A DNA stretch of 64,000 nt from Tubiluchus corallicola. Lineage: Eukaryota; Animalia; Priapulida. Positions 36,859 through 51,800 of this stretch are shown here, piece after piece. The position numbers and the translations under genes are program-made. The notes under the pieces were generated by a model that made no database searches, was not told where the DNA came from, and worked only from the letters and a program-made list of their open reading frames with translations. Within the stretch, counting starts at the first letter, position 1, and the number at the start of each line of letters is the position of its first letter. The stretch covers positions 62,001-126,000 of the forward strand of contig JAQGDQ010000566.1 of the NCBI GenBank assembly GCA_030141605.1, written 5' to 3'.

Positions 36859-39800
36859 TTGTATAGTAACACAAAATGGCAGAGTACATTGATACAATGC
36901 AGTATTGGAACATACACATACTTTGAAAAATAACTCGGGGCTGTACTGTGGGAAGCTGGGAGGAAGCCCTTGGCCACATGTGCTCTGTAGTCATTAATTT
37001 CTGTTAACTCGGTTTTCATTTTAGGAAATGGCATATTAAATTATATAACACAGTGCGGTGACATCTGTTGACAAGAAAAATGGAATTGTAATTTAATGCC
37101 TCTTGAGGTTTCTGTGTTATTCAGCTACTACCTTTAACTGGCTTAAGTAGCAAATATTCACAAGAAATAATTTATACGTATTAAGTATTTTAGCAAAAAT
37201 GATTTTACTTATAATACCCCTACCAGGCCTACAAGTAGCACTATATTTTTTCCTTCACAATACAGATATCACACGTGTTGTACTTATGGCGATGCCCTGT
37301 CACTTCGCCCAAAGTTTCAGAGCTAATTATCTATAATTTACTTGTATATCGAAAATCGTAAAACAGTCAAAACTTGCCACAAAATTTGTATATTGATATA
37401 TCTTCTGTATTACACAACTTGCGGTGTGAAGCAAAAACTTCTATGACAATTTCACAAACAAATACGCTAACGAAACTTTTTATAACACAGGTAATCTAAA
37501 CAAGCCATGTCCGCTTTTCTACACTCGTCTCCTGCAGACTCGTGCGCGACGAAACAATCGGGTCATGTGACCATTCTGATTGCGTCAGCACAGTAGTGAC
37601 AGTAGCATAGGTATCGCCATCTACTGAAATGATTACTGAACTTACACAAGCTAATGTATCAGTTAAAACAATATTAAAGAAGCAAATTTTTAAAGAAAGA
37701 ATATCAGTTGGAAACTGTTGTAAGAACGAAACCATTTAGTTAAAATCGTGTTAAAAGTTACACCAACTTTATTGACTTCATAATATGAGTAGGAGTAGCG
37801 GACTTGTTTAAACGTCGCTATTGGGAGTGACGTCATTTAGAAAGAGTTCAGGGCTTCTTCCAGAAAAGGAAAGTAAGCCCGCCAACACTTATGTTATTGT
37901 TGTGCAACAGCAAAACGAAATTCCTATTTTGAACAGAAATTCTGTACCGATTTTATATTCGGAACATTAAATTCAATGCACGACAGTTCAAGAAAATTGA
38001 AACTTATAGGCCTATTTTTTAGAATTCAGTTCATCTATTTTGCGAAGAACATATCACACCGCGTGTACCACCACAACGACGCTGCCAGTTCATTTTATCA
38101 ATTAAACAATTGTTCCATCAAACGGGAACGAAGTATATGCGTTTACTTATGTGGGTATAATAATAATAATTGTGTGTGCCCCACCTTGTTATGAATCTAT
38201 ATGAGTATGCTGGTCTACTGCCGCATATGTACATATTACAGTGTACAGTCATATTACAATCACAGTTGCTATCGCTTTTATGTATGAATTCCCATTACAA
38301 ATGTAGACCTACAATTTCTGTTGTAAGTTTTTAAAACATTTACTGCCTGCAGTATGGCTAATATTACGCTATTGTTACCCGAATCACTAGTTACAAGTAG
38401 GGTTATTGTTTTCCTTGTGAAACGTGCTTGCTTAGTTGTAAATATAACGTCTACAGGGTGTATCAAAAGACACAGTGCTGTAAAATATACTTATAAACTT
38501 ACATTAGAACGAGAACCAAGGTTTGTGGTGGGGAAAGTAGAACTATGTAAATACAATGTGTAATCATTTTTCATCATTATGATGTCACAATGCAGAAATT
38601 CGGATTCATTTTGGATAGAAAAGAAAGCAAGTATTCAAAACATTCAACTTGATGAACTTAAACGTGTTCTTCATAACATGCATGCGACGTCGTTCCCTCT
38701 TATGACTACAAGTACAAATCACCAATAACAATGTAGGGAATCTCTTGCCAAGTGACCAAACGCTCAATCGCATTTCATTGTGATTTGATCAGCATAAAAT
38801 TATTTAACTACATGTATGTCACGTTAATTATTTGCAATGCACTGTTTCTTTTGAACACACTATAGTTGTCTGAGGATTGTACATATTGACTTATCAGATA
38901 TTCAAGTGTAGAACGACTGTTATTTATTTGTTGCCTGCCGAGCAGAAAGAAAACGAAGTTCTTTCCTGTTTGGAGCTGAAATATAGAGGTTTTGAGATCT
39001 GGCTAAGCTAGCTTGGAAGATTGATATTGTGAAATTTAGTGTCTGTTTGACAGAATGTTGGGAATAGTTAAAAACACAGCACGTGATGCGATCATTTGAA
39101 CGAGACAATAGGATGCACAAGTACTTCTACGATTAGCACTTTTGACACATTAAAGCGGTGAATAGAGATGAAAATTGCAAAAGAGGGAAAATTGTAAGTG
39201 ACATAGTGTAGCGTTCAGATGAATGTTGAAGACATGTGCCTTGACTGATGTTAATGAATCTCTATAGCTCACGTCGTTTGATAACTGTACAGTTGAAAAA
39301 TAAAATTATTTGTAATCAATATAGCTACTTATTGTTTCGTCTTTTGTGACATTTCAATTTTTGCTCTCAATCGAATAGTTGAAAGGAGGTTCTTATTCTC
39401 TGCTGTTGTGAGTTAATGAGGAAGTGAGTGAATCGGTAGGTTGGTTAGCTAGCCAATCACTCAGTTAATCAACCAATCGATTAATAAAATAATGAAAAGC
39501 TTAGTTGTGTATTAGGGTCGTGTGTATGACGATGGTGAAGAAGGTGATGATGATGCCGTGACGGTGATGACGATTGGTGACGATGATGGCAACGCTATTG
39601 TTACCTGAATTACTAGTTACACATAGGCCTTTCGTTTTTCCTTGTGAAACGTGCTTGCTTTGTTATAAACGATGATGATGATGATGCTAAAGGTCATAAT
39701 TATTGTGTCACCCGGTAAGAAAATAAGCATATCATTATTTCTTACAATTCATCAAGTTCAAACTCAGGATTCGCAAGCTCAATTCAGAATCAAAACTGAC

Positions 39801-40639
39801 AGTCAAACTAAAGCTGCAATTTAGGACTGAACCCTCCAACATCGCACAACTGCAAAGTAAAGTCCAGGTTAATGTTTTTCAGTCTAACTTACTTAAAAAA
39901 GCAGAAATCCAAGAATAGGACCAGATAACTTTTGACATTATTAAGCCAATTTTTATTTTTTTGACTATAGGCTTAAAGCACAAGAAATCCTCCATTTACA
40001 TAAAGTTTAAAAATTCGAATTGAAATACCACTTTTCTTGTCCTTTAAGCAACATGAACCTCATCTTCATCAATGCCACAAATAAGTCTAAAGTACGACTA
40101 AGCATGTTTTTTTATCATTGTATGCAGTAAACCTAAATGGCAATCATTTTCTTTAGTAGGCTTATACCGACAAATTTATATAATTTTGTTAAGTTGAGTT
40201 AACTGTGTCCGTCTATTCAAAATAATTATGGCTATATTATTACGTACTCAAGATAAATGCAGAGTAAATGCGAGTTGAGTTTAGTTGAGTATAAACTCAT
40301 GAGTTACAGGCATCTTGTGTAATCCGTAAGATTTGAACTGAGTCTGCAATAAAATCACCAATAATTTTTGTTTCAAATTTAGTAAAATTATGTCCTAAAA
40401 ATGGGAAACTTGATTTTTAGATTTATTACCTTTAATTTTATTTGTACTAATTGTGATAGTTTTATTACCAATTTCTATGTCAACAATTTTTTATTCTTTT
40501 CGGCTGATACAATTCAGACACTGCAAACCGGAATTCAGCATAGAGCCCATTCAGTAGGTATAGCTGTGGTAAGACTAGAACCTAGCTAATTTTCAAAGCT
40601 AAACGTCCAGGACGAGGTACTGAACCAGCAGAGGAGTCG

Positions 40640-40790
40640 TAACCATGTTTGCATGCAAATACGTCATCCCTCTACAAGATAAACAGCCAGGATCAGAAAC
40701 CGCCCAGGGCGAGTATCGATCCCAATGATCACCTATCTATTGTGACTTTGGTTTTTTAACACACGCAGTAACCATTCCGCTATACCCTCG
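40640..40790 (-). mobile_element. Degenerate tRNA-derived SINE (same family as 20070-20245)
   Basis: Minus strand: GGGTATAGCGGAATGGTTA (A box) ... GGGATCGATACTCGCCCTGGGC (B box-like) ... CCTGGCTGTTT. Confidence 0.5.
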
Positions 40791-41666
40791 CTTCAAAATT
40801 AATGGAGATAGTCAGTCTTTGTTTTGCTCTCGTGTTAACTGTTATAGAAAATTGTCACAATTTCAGCCAAAATCTCAAATTTGAATTGTGAGCTAACTTG
40901 GAAAAAAAATTATGTAATTCACTAAGAATAACGAGATTTTTTGTTATTTATATACACCGGTCATTTATTTGCTAATCTGATGTAAGAAAAGTAAATGACT
41001 AGAGCTTGCTTAGCTTGAACTTGAAAATTTGTTGATTGTGGTGACCAGTGGGGCATTTACGAGCAAAATAAAGAATGTTTTTGTGTGTAATGGAAACTCT
41101 GAATAATGTACTAGAAGATGTCATGAGTTGTCCTCCATTTTCATTTGCAAATAAAGGATGTCACAAGACGAGTGACGTCTCCTTTGAGGCTATTGTTGTC
41201 AAAATAAACGCGAAGTAGTGACCGGTCACAGTTCACCAGGTAAATAAAGTAAGTCTAAGCATTGTGTATAAACTGTGGCAGTGCACTTTTATCGAAAACT
41301 ACACGTGAGTTATGATGATGATGATGATGATGATGATGATGGTAATGATGATGTTGACAACAATAACAACAACAATAATAATAAGTATAATTTTATCACG
41401 AGTAATTAAAGATTAATATTATAACTTCTCCAACATACAAGAAGAATTTTCATTTGGTTGCGTTAAAATTACCATGTTGAACATTTTCCAACTAAACCGT
41501 TTGCCATTGCCTCAAGGGTTAGTAATTAAACGAACCTCACATGACTGCACTAGCTCGCAGAAATACTTGGAAGTCTCGAAGATGTTACCCCTAGGCACCA
41601 AGCTACTACATTTCGTGACTACGCAGTAGTACTGAGTGCCACAGAGGAGGTGAAAAGAGAGACATC

Positions 41667-44600
41667 ATGGCTGCTCCTGTGTGGACTTACCTTCCTCATG
41701 AGTTCGATGTTACTGAAAGCCCAGCTGTGCAGCTTATACTGAATATGTCAACTGACGATGTTGTCAAATTAGTTCTCAGCGTAGAAAGTCTGAAGTCAAA
41801 TGTCGATATTTTCTTTCTTCTGGTCATATCCGCACTCATCTTATGTAAGTGTTTATGCATCTAAACTACTTACTTAAAGTACGTTACACACTTGGCTATG
41901 TATAAATCTGAAGACAGAACGTATTTATAACAGTTTGGAGACTTAGGATCCTTCAAATTCTGACGATTAAAGCCTTCAAAATCAACTACAGAAACATGCT
42001 ACTAGAGGCCACTATGATAGGGCAGAGTTGCACCTGAGATTGGATTAGTTCACCATCTCTGTAAGGTCAGTCGACGTAATGTTGACCCGTCAGGCAAGTG
42101 TTACAAACTTCATAGTTGCAAGCAATGTTATAAAGTAACAATTTCATTCGAATACAAATGGAGAATGTGCTTAAATTAAAACGCTTTTGAATTTGGAAGT
42201 GAGTTAATATTGATTGTTCAAATTCAAATTTGGTCCTAGATACTATTACCTCGTCATCATCTGTCAATTTGCCTGTTGCAATTTAAATATTACACATCTG
42301 GTTTATTATTAACATGTTAAAACATTTAAATACTAAGCGTGCTATGTGTTGCTTTTTCGTAAACTGTAACTCGTGCAAGAAACGTTTTGACTGCTATAAA
42401 ATAGGAAATGTTTTGAAGTTTTTTAAACTGAATTTGTCCAAAATTTAAACCAAACCAATCTTCGAAAATAGTGAATTTTAAAAATCTAGTAATTAAGAGC
42501 TCGTTTCATCATTAATAAATAATTTTGTACGTAAATAAATATGAAGAGCGTTGTGTTACTCATAAATTACTAAACGCCTTAAGATTTTATGAGACTGGAC
42601 GCCAATAATTCTCCGAAATACAACAGATATCATTATGTCAGTCTCGTACAGCAAGCTAACACTAGCTTTAGATGTCCAATGTAAAACATGAATGCTATTA
42701 TGATTGAGGTCTAAACGTAAAACCCAAAATTTTATAATAAAACATCAATACATGTTCATAAACATAGCCCTCTGCACGTATAAGTCATGAAGCTCTCAAT
42801 CCAGACAGGATTTTGTGATAACCGAATCACGATGATGAAAAGCCAGCGAAAGGGGCGCAAAAATTTGGACGGCAGAACCACATAGGGGTGTATTTGAAGT
42901 GAGGCTTTTAGGTCTGCCTACCTCCTAACAAGAGCAACTGTCATAAGAACCTGCGTTCCCAATTACTTCTGTACTTTGCGTGTACAATACATCGAGTGTA
43001 GTGCGCCTACTTGTCTTAAAATGTGCGTATTTTTTTAAGTTTAGAGGGCGGAAAATTTCAGAGGGGCACGCAAAAACCAAAACCCATGACGAATATCTCA
43101 TCGTTGCGTCACTTTCGGTGGCTGACAGCTATGTGATTTCTGAATGCATTTTGTAATAACACCAATAAAGATATTGTAGTGTTACATGTTTAAAGCACAA
43201 GAAAAACCTCTTATTAAGGGTAGCTGACTCAATGACCCGAAGGTCTACCCTTTCGCTACCCTTTCTCTTGCATACACGTAATCACTTAATAAATTTTCTT
43301 CCTCTTATTTTTGTGTAAATTTGGGTTTAATCAGTTGTGTGTTGTATGCGCTCTATGTGTACTACAAGAGATGCCTATGTATTCATAAATAAATCTTAAA
43401 AATTCATGTTGGATCATTTACATTTTGTCTTCTTGCATCAGTAACGTTGTATAAAACTATATAAGACGTTTGAAACAACTTTAGATAACATTGCGTAAAG
43501 TAAAAAATAATAAACAGCGCAATCGTAGCGCACTCTTCCCTAATTAAGCAAAAATTTAAATTACTTTACAATGTCAATAATATGAAGCACACTGGTGATG
43601 GTGATACAGTGCTGTTTCACAAGATGGCGCGAATATTTTAAATTATTAAGAATTTTTTTTTGAAATAGGTAAACATAATACTAAAAAATATAAGTTTATA
43701 TGAATTTGATACAGTGCTGTTTCACAAGGTGGCGCGAATATTTTAAATTAAGATTTTTTGAAATAGGTAAGCATAATGTTAAAAAACATAAGTTTATATG
43801 TAATTTTTTTGGGATTGACTTTAAAATTACGTTTCCTTAACGTTTAACTTTTAGCAGTGTCCGTCACTGTTCAGGGTTATTATCTTATCTGCATGCGAAT
43901 AAGCCTAGTTTGCTTTACACCGTCTCAACAAATACTAGGTCAGTCTCCCATCAATTTTGTACCACGAGTTTTTTCCTCTTGTCATTTCTTCCACAAACCC
44001 GCACACCGCGCAGTCATTAAAGTGAAGTAGCTGTGGACATTCTGGATACTAAAATCAAAACTATCGTGTCATGGCCAACTCCTACAGTCAGCAACAACAT
44101 GTAGCTTTCACTGGTTGTAATAAATGACATTGTCAAGGTTGAGATTTCCCTCAGAGGAAAACGCGTCCCCGTTCTTGGCTTTTTACGTTTTCATAACATT
44201 TAGAGTGAGGAATTTTATGTGCTTTTGATGCTTAAAGCCAATAGGCGTGCTGGCACATTTAAAAGGAAACACATTGTTGAATTTAGACAACAACTAAATT
44301 AAAATGACAGCAAAATTAAATTAAGCTAAAACGTTCACCAAATTTAAATTCTTTATCAGCTTGCTAGTGCTATAATACTAACAATTAGCACATTAAACAT
44401 TTTTGCTCTACAAACTTGTCTCTTAAAAGAAAGCAGGATGATTTTTCATATCCTACCTCATTTTGAAGTACGTAAAAGTACACATTTTCACACCTATAAT
44501 AATGACAAAGTGTTTCTCATAATTAAATAACATGTTAAAAGCTTAATTTATGACAGGCGAGCCCAACTAGCGATGTCATCACTAGAGGATCTCGAAGATA

Positions 44601-47600
44601 TTCAGCATATAAAGAGCACCCGTATTGCTGTTTGCCAGGAGGCAATACGGGTGCTCTTTATATGCTGAATCTCTTTAACATCTGCTTGACACTGCATGGA
44701 GTTCTTATTGTTAAATGTGTTAAAAATTGCCTCCTGGCAAACAGCAATACGGGTGCTCTTTATATGCTGAATATCTTCGAGATCCTCTAATCACAAACTA
44801 ACATAATTATCAACAGCACAAACATTCCATGGGCATGTTGCACGTGTTTGCGAAAGCGAAAATTGAAGTATAGTGTTAATGTACAACATTCAGTGTGATT
44901 CATAAAAACTGGGCAAATTTTAAGTTTAAAATTCAAATTTATCTATATGTTCGCGCATGAGCTCTCGGACGTTTACACTACGTCACTACGAACACCTCTG
45001 TTGTGAGAGGTACACACCTGTTTTGTGCAGCGCGTTTCCAAGATGCAGGCACTAGTGCCTATCTAACTAACAAATGTCGAAATGCATGACTAGTGAAGAA
45101 TTAGCCGCAAGAGCGGAAAATCGTTGATATAGTTATATAAACGAGTTTAAACTATTGTTTGTTCTTTTCACTGACGGAATTACAAATACTGTCTCCGAAA
45201 ACCAACTATAATTCTCCGAATTCTTAAACATTATCAGATTCTGATAGATTTAAGAAAGAATTTATATTTCAGATCAACGCCGCTTAAGTGACAAAAAATC
45301 AGGCAGGTTATGATCACATTTCTCCAAAGTTTCTTTAAACTTGTCGCAGAAACCTATAACCAAAATAGTTTACAAAATCATCTCACGTTCTCAGTTTCCG
45401 AATCTGTTAAAGGGTGTTAAATCCTACTTTTAGAGACACAGATTTATGGAACGTACCAAATACCGCCCACTAACGTGTATATTAAAATTTCCAGAGACAG
45501 TAACAAATAGGTAATTGAGCTGGTTTTGTAATGGCGCACCCTCTTATCACATGCTTACAGATACGGCGATGGCTGTCAATACGCTCATTTAAATTTTGTA
45601 AAAACTTGGAAAAAAGCTAAATAATAACAAAGTTACGGCTACAGTAGGCCCATTTATCAAATTACCAAAAACAGGCGATTGTTTGCTGTTTGAATTACTG
45701 GAATTTCAAAACTTATACCCTATTGCATGACCAATGATGCGTTAAAAAAATTACGTGACAGACGTCAGAGTTCGTATATATATATATATATATTATTCAC
45801 ATTAATTTAAGTATATATTTCTATTTCTATATATATTTCTGTATATATATATACTATAATATAAGTATATATATAGGTATGTCACGTAAATAACTGGCAA
45901 TAAGTTTTAACACATCATAGGTCATGCAATAGGGTATAAATTCTGAACCTACAGTAATTCAAACAACAAACAATCGCATGTTTTTGGTAAATTGATAAAT
46001 ATAAGCTAACAAGCAGGTATTGCTTGCAGACCAGGATAGATGGGCAATTAGGACAAATTGCTCACTCACGCATAAGTAAACCGCACTGGATCAGGCACAG
46101 TCAAGTGACAAACATGGTCACTGGTGGATTTGGATATAAATTCATTTGTGTTTTACCCATTTTAATGCACCGCGTTGTGAATAAATTTTATTATTTCAAA
46201 TCCGTCAACATAAAGGATTTTTGAACAGATATCATAACAAGATATAAGTAATATCAACACAATTTCAAGCGTAAGTTAAGCTATGTTGTGATTGCAATAA
46301 CTTGAACGTAACTTCTGTGTTCCAATAAAACGGGATTATGTAGCATATCTTAATAATAATAAACTATTGACAAATAACAAGTGTAAAGCTCACTGCAATT
46401 GAATTGCAAATTCCAAAGGATGGTAAACTTCTATTACAGCAACAGACCTAATAATTAACAGGTCGCAAAGCTACTTAATTAACTTTCACGAATGAAAAAT
46501 TGCACTGAAATGAAAAAGCTTTGCTGCTACTAATGTTATTTTCAGAAATCCTTTCGTTCATTTTCAGTTATGCAATGTGGATTTGCATTCCTCGAGGCAG
46601 GGGCTGTTCGCAGCAAAAACTGTACGAATATTCTAATCAAAAACATGCTAGACGCAAGTAAGTTCAACAGTTTTTATTTACGTAACGCTTATTTTTATTT
46701 AAATATGTCTGGATAATGAAACATCTGAAAGATCTCGAATGTTTTTTTCAGTTTCTGTGCTAACCTCAAAATTCATGATGTAGCTTATTTCAGTGATTAA
46801 TATCGGTGTACCGGTAATGACCACGATGATGATGATTATGTCTCTAGCTAATGACAGTGATTACAGCAAAGATAATGGTGATGATGATGATGATGATGGT
46901 GATAATGATGATAGTGATGATGATGATGACGATGATGATGATGATGATAATCATGATGATGATGACGACGACGACGACGACAATGATGATGATTATGTCT
47001 CTAGCTAATGACGGTGATTACAGCAAAGATAATGGTGATAATGATGACGACGACGACGACGACGATGATAATGTTGTTGATGTTGGTGATGATGATAACA
47101 TTGATAATTACAATGACGATTTGTTGTTGTATACTGATGAAAATTCGTTTCGCACGGATTATGCCTGATATAAATTATCCGAGTGAATGAAACAAAGAGG
47201 CGGTAGCGATAACGACAATGAGAACCATTAAGGCCAATAACAACAACAAAAACAAGAACACACTAAATTTCACGTTGTTAGTTATTTTAATTTTACATAC
47301 TGTTAAAAAATAATAGTCTTTCTATCTTTTATATCATTCCATATATGAGTTTCATTCAATACATCATCCAATTTTAAGCACTAATGTTTTTTATCACGAT
47401 TCACTTTAAATTTTCAGATTATCTCCATTACTTTTTTTCTCTATCACTGTGTGGGACAATCTAACAAGCCCTGCTTTTTGATTGCCCGCAACACATTTAC
47501 CTTCGTGTATAAGTGAACAGCGTTTGAGGCTTTTTCTGTGCAGTATTTCTTATTTGTATTATATCCATTGTAGGCCCTTTCACTAGATATTGTATATGTA

Positions 47601-48772
47601 ACCATTGTAAATGTGTAAGGTGAAATAAATGACTTATGACTTATGACGCAGTTTAACTTTGAATCATGTACCTGCTACTATAAGCTAGACGGGTTTAGCT
47701 ATTCAGAAATGATGATTGTTTGCCTCTTATTTTGTCTTTTGGCTCTTATTGAAAGAACCTAGGTGGGTACTTAGTTTATTGTTGACCATCAACTTGGTGA
47801 GGTGGACTTTAAGCAAGTGGGACCAGGAATTTGATTGAAGAACGAGATTTTCCCGTTTTCCATAAAAGAGTATATCTGTTATGTTGTGATGAATAAAACA
47901 TATCAACGCGAAGCGAAACTGGTTTCCACTTTAATTACAAAACACATGTAGTTGATAAAACTACCATATAACGGAAAGGCTCATTTGAGTATAACTAGCT
48001 TCTGTACATTACTACAACTGCAATGATAATTTTATTACTCACAGGTATAGCTGGAGTAGCCTACTGGGCAATCGGCTACCCTTTCGCATTTGGAGAAGGA
48101 AACGCTTTCATTGGGTACCATCACTGGTTTAGTTACGCTTTGACCAAAGAACAAATGGCGCATTGGTTATTCCAGATGGTATTCGCAGCTACTGCTGCAA
48201 CTATTGTATCAGGAGCAATGGCAGAGAGATGCGATTTCATTGCTTATTTTGCATATAGTTTTGCTCTAACAGGTAATTAAAAAGACAGTACAGCGTACGG
48301 TAAATTATTGTTCAAATGAAAGAAGAAATACTGAAATTGTTGTTTCAGAATTTGTCACTCGGTTGACCTATTCGCACTTAAAGTCAAATTAGAGTCACTT
48401 AAAATCAAACTGTCACGTTAGACAGTTAACACAATTGATGTGTAATTTCTATCATATGTCAACCAGCAGTTTAAGGTAATCATGTACCTAACTTATAATA
48501 CCTACTATAAAACATTGAAATCCCTACTTGCGTAGACTCTATAAGTTATGATAACTAATGCTCTAGTTTGACGTGAATTGAGAAATTGTGATGTTTCAGG
48601 TTTCATATATCCGGTAGTGACCCACTGGGCATGGTCATCGGAAGGATGGTTAGCCAAGGGAATATTTAATGGAGAAGTTGTTTTCCAGGTACAGAATAGT
48701 TTACATACTGATTGTTGTCGTTATCATTTTCCTTGCTGTTGCTGCTGCTGCTGTTGTTGTTGTTGCTGCTGC

Positions 48773-48840
<68 letters not shown>

Positions 48841-51800
48841 GTTGTACTGTTGTTTTAAATCAACTAAAGTTGCAATAATTTTAGCATTATTAATGAAAAG
48901 AAATTCAATCAGTTTTTGATTTGTTGAGAAAACGTAATTTGATGAGTAAAGTATGACCTCATTGCCGCAGGCAAAATTGCTAAAAAAATCGTTTGTGTTT
49001 TGTTGTGTTGGGTGGGTGGGGGTGGTAAAATTAGTGTGGTCCAAACTAAAATGGAAAAAAACAAAGTTTCATCTTAGAGAAATGGCTAAAACACGGTAAA
49101 AACGCAGAAAAAAGTGACACAAGGGATCATAGTGGCCGTCAAAGTCACCAAGTAATAAAATCTTTTTATCACGACATGCGCAGAGACACACGTACAACCA
49201 AAGCGCGGCTAACTCTTGGCCGTAATGCTCGTTAAAGGTTATTCGGAAGCCAAACTCTGGAAATGCAAAACTTAATGGAGTAGTAGCTTATGTTGGTATT
49301 CCACAGCTTATCTTGTGTTTGAACTATCAGCTTAGAAAGAAAGCACGCAGAGAAAGATAACTTCTCAGAGATTTTCAATGTCCATTTGATGTCCTTGCTC
49401 TTACGCATCTCATCTCATTCCGATGTCAAATAAATATTGTGAAAACGTGCAGACTATACTAGCCTTTCTAGATAAGAGGTCACCCAAAGGCCAATACCCA
49501 ATAAAGACAAAATCTCCAACATATCTGCACAGTGAAAAATCCTCGGGTGTTTCGCGTTTTATGACTTTTCTTGGACCTTTTAAGCGTTTTTAAACATTCT
49601 GTGACCAGCGAACCATCGTCTAAATTTTGGAATGTTAATTACAGGACTTTGCCGGGAGCGCTGTGGTACATCTAGTTGGAGGTGTGTGCGCAATTGTGGG
49701 CGCGTTCTTTCTCGGACCACGGATTGGTCGATTTGATGTTGATGGTAATGTGCAGGACATAAAAGGTCATTCCGTTCCGGTAAGCTGAGGTGACCGCACG
49801 TTGCCTTGGGTTGTGCATTTAGAATAGTCATTCATTGTCAAAGTTCAATCATCACATGAATCATGACGTCGCACATAGGAATCTAATACGGCCGTGTTTT
49901 TACTATAAGTAAAACTTTTACTATTACTAATTTAATATAAGATAAGAAAATATATTTATTTATTCAGGGAAACTAATAGTATAAGTAAAACTTTTACTAC
50001 TACTAATTTAATATAAGATAAGAAACTATATTTATTCAGGTCCGGATTGGTGGTTTTAAATTTAAAATTAAGAAAAATAAATACATGTAAGGACTCAAAC
50101 ATAAAAAAATTTCAGACATACACAAAAATGTAATGTAAAGGCACATTTTACAAGTCTACCAGTGTCTAATGATCATTTTCTATACCCATTAAGGGATAAC
50201 AGACTAAGCTACTTCTACAGTCTTCTCGCTATTCTTTCTTTAGCTTTGTAATTTCTTACTGAAATAGCATTTCGTGACCTACCAAACGAATCTGTTAATA
50301 ATTATGGTCCTATAATGTACAAAAAGACAAAAATAAATAAAATTGAATTGAATTGAACTGTACAATGATTGAAGGCGTAGGAAATCAGATCCTAGATAAT
50401 TTATTTGGAGCATATAAGTATTATTATAGTGACTGACCCATGCTGGCTGCTGAAATATCTTTGCAGTCATGGTATTGTAAAGCTCTGCTGTAAAAAATCA
50501 AAATATTAAATTTAAAGTATTCGATTTTTTTCTTTTCAAAATCTAAATTATGCAAAGTTGTAACAAGTGCAAGTGCAGCTGGCAAATTATATCAAACAGA
50601 ATCTTTCAAATTTATGTGCTGCTGAGTGTATTGCACTTAATTCAAAAATTTATTCGATTCCCAAAATTGTTTTTGTACGGAAGATATGGTTTATTTTGCT
50701 GCCCCAGGCTGCAAAAGCCTTGTGTAAACGTGCACCCTAAAACTTCCTACTTTTTACGGAGAGACGAAGATCTAGTAGAGAAAAAACTACTAATTTTATG
50801 AGCTATCGCTCGCAATGTTCTTATAGTACAGCAAAACACACTCAGCTATCAGCAGACTGTATGAATCACAGCAGTGATAGCGAAAAATTTAAGCAACTTG
50901 CAAGGCGTTTTTATGCAAGGATTTATTGCATGAAATACCACCTTAATCTTAGAAATAATAGAGTTTGTACACCATAAGTTTACTTTTTGTGATAATCACA
51001 GTTTACTCTTTTCTACGTCTCTCAATCCACATTCATTTGGGGTGCTCTCAACATGTAATTACTTCTTGAGTACCCCACGGCTCATTTGCAGCTTGGCACC
51101 TTGCGTACATAATAATAAATATGTTATTAAATTCTTTTGAAGTGCTATGCTGTAATGATTGTTGTGGTTGTATTTAATAAAATAATTAAATTAAAAATTA
51201 AATTAAAAAATTAATAAAATAATTGCAGACCAGTGGCACTCGTTAAGAAGCTTGTTTCAATCTCATAAGAAAGTGTTTTTTCATCGTAACGTCATATTGA
51301 CCTTATACGCTTCATTTCTATGTTGTACATACATTTAAACAATTGATCTCGGCTATAGCGATCAAATTTTCAAGGTCTGTTGAAACTCGTTATAAGTGGA
51401 TTATACTGTACAAAGGCTTATCAGTCACAATGAACGCATGCAACTTTACCAATTGTAGCAGGAATTAAATGAATAAATGAACGAGCGACGACTAAATTAA
51501 GAAAAGAACAAATAAAAATTTTATTCACGTACCATAGAGACGTTACATACACTGCAATCCGTCTTTTAGGGCGTGATGAAATAACCATACATCATTCGAC
51601 ATATAGCAAGTTACAATTTATGGCTAACAGTGCTTTAGCTGTGTGTATATGACCTTCGCCCAGGTATAGACAATATACACGTATTAAAATTGACGAAAGG
51701 AATCCTTCGGTTGATTGCTTATAAAACTCTAGACCTACGTCCACTCATGATTATTATTCCACCAGATTAATTTTCTGTTATTCTTCTTATTTCACTTTCT

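Noticed and set aside
34500-41600. An additional gene between the Tudor-MIF4G gene and Amt
   Set aside because: No phase-consistent exon chain or protein motif found on either strand; only MITEs, a SINE remnant and simple repeats. Non-coding Amt 5' exons cannot be excluded.
46793-47190. Poly-Asp and poly-Met ORFs
   Set aside because: (GAT)n microsatellite inside Amt intron 2; the Amt frame is complete without it.
48689-49044. Poly-Cys, poly-Val and poly-Gln ORFs
   Set aside because: (GTT)n microsatellite downstream of the exon 4 donor at 48689.
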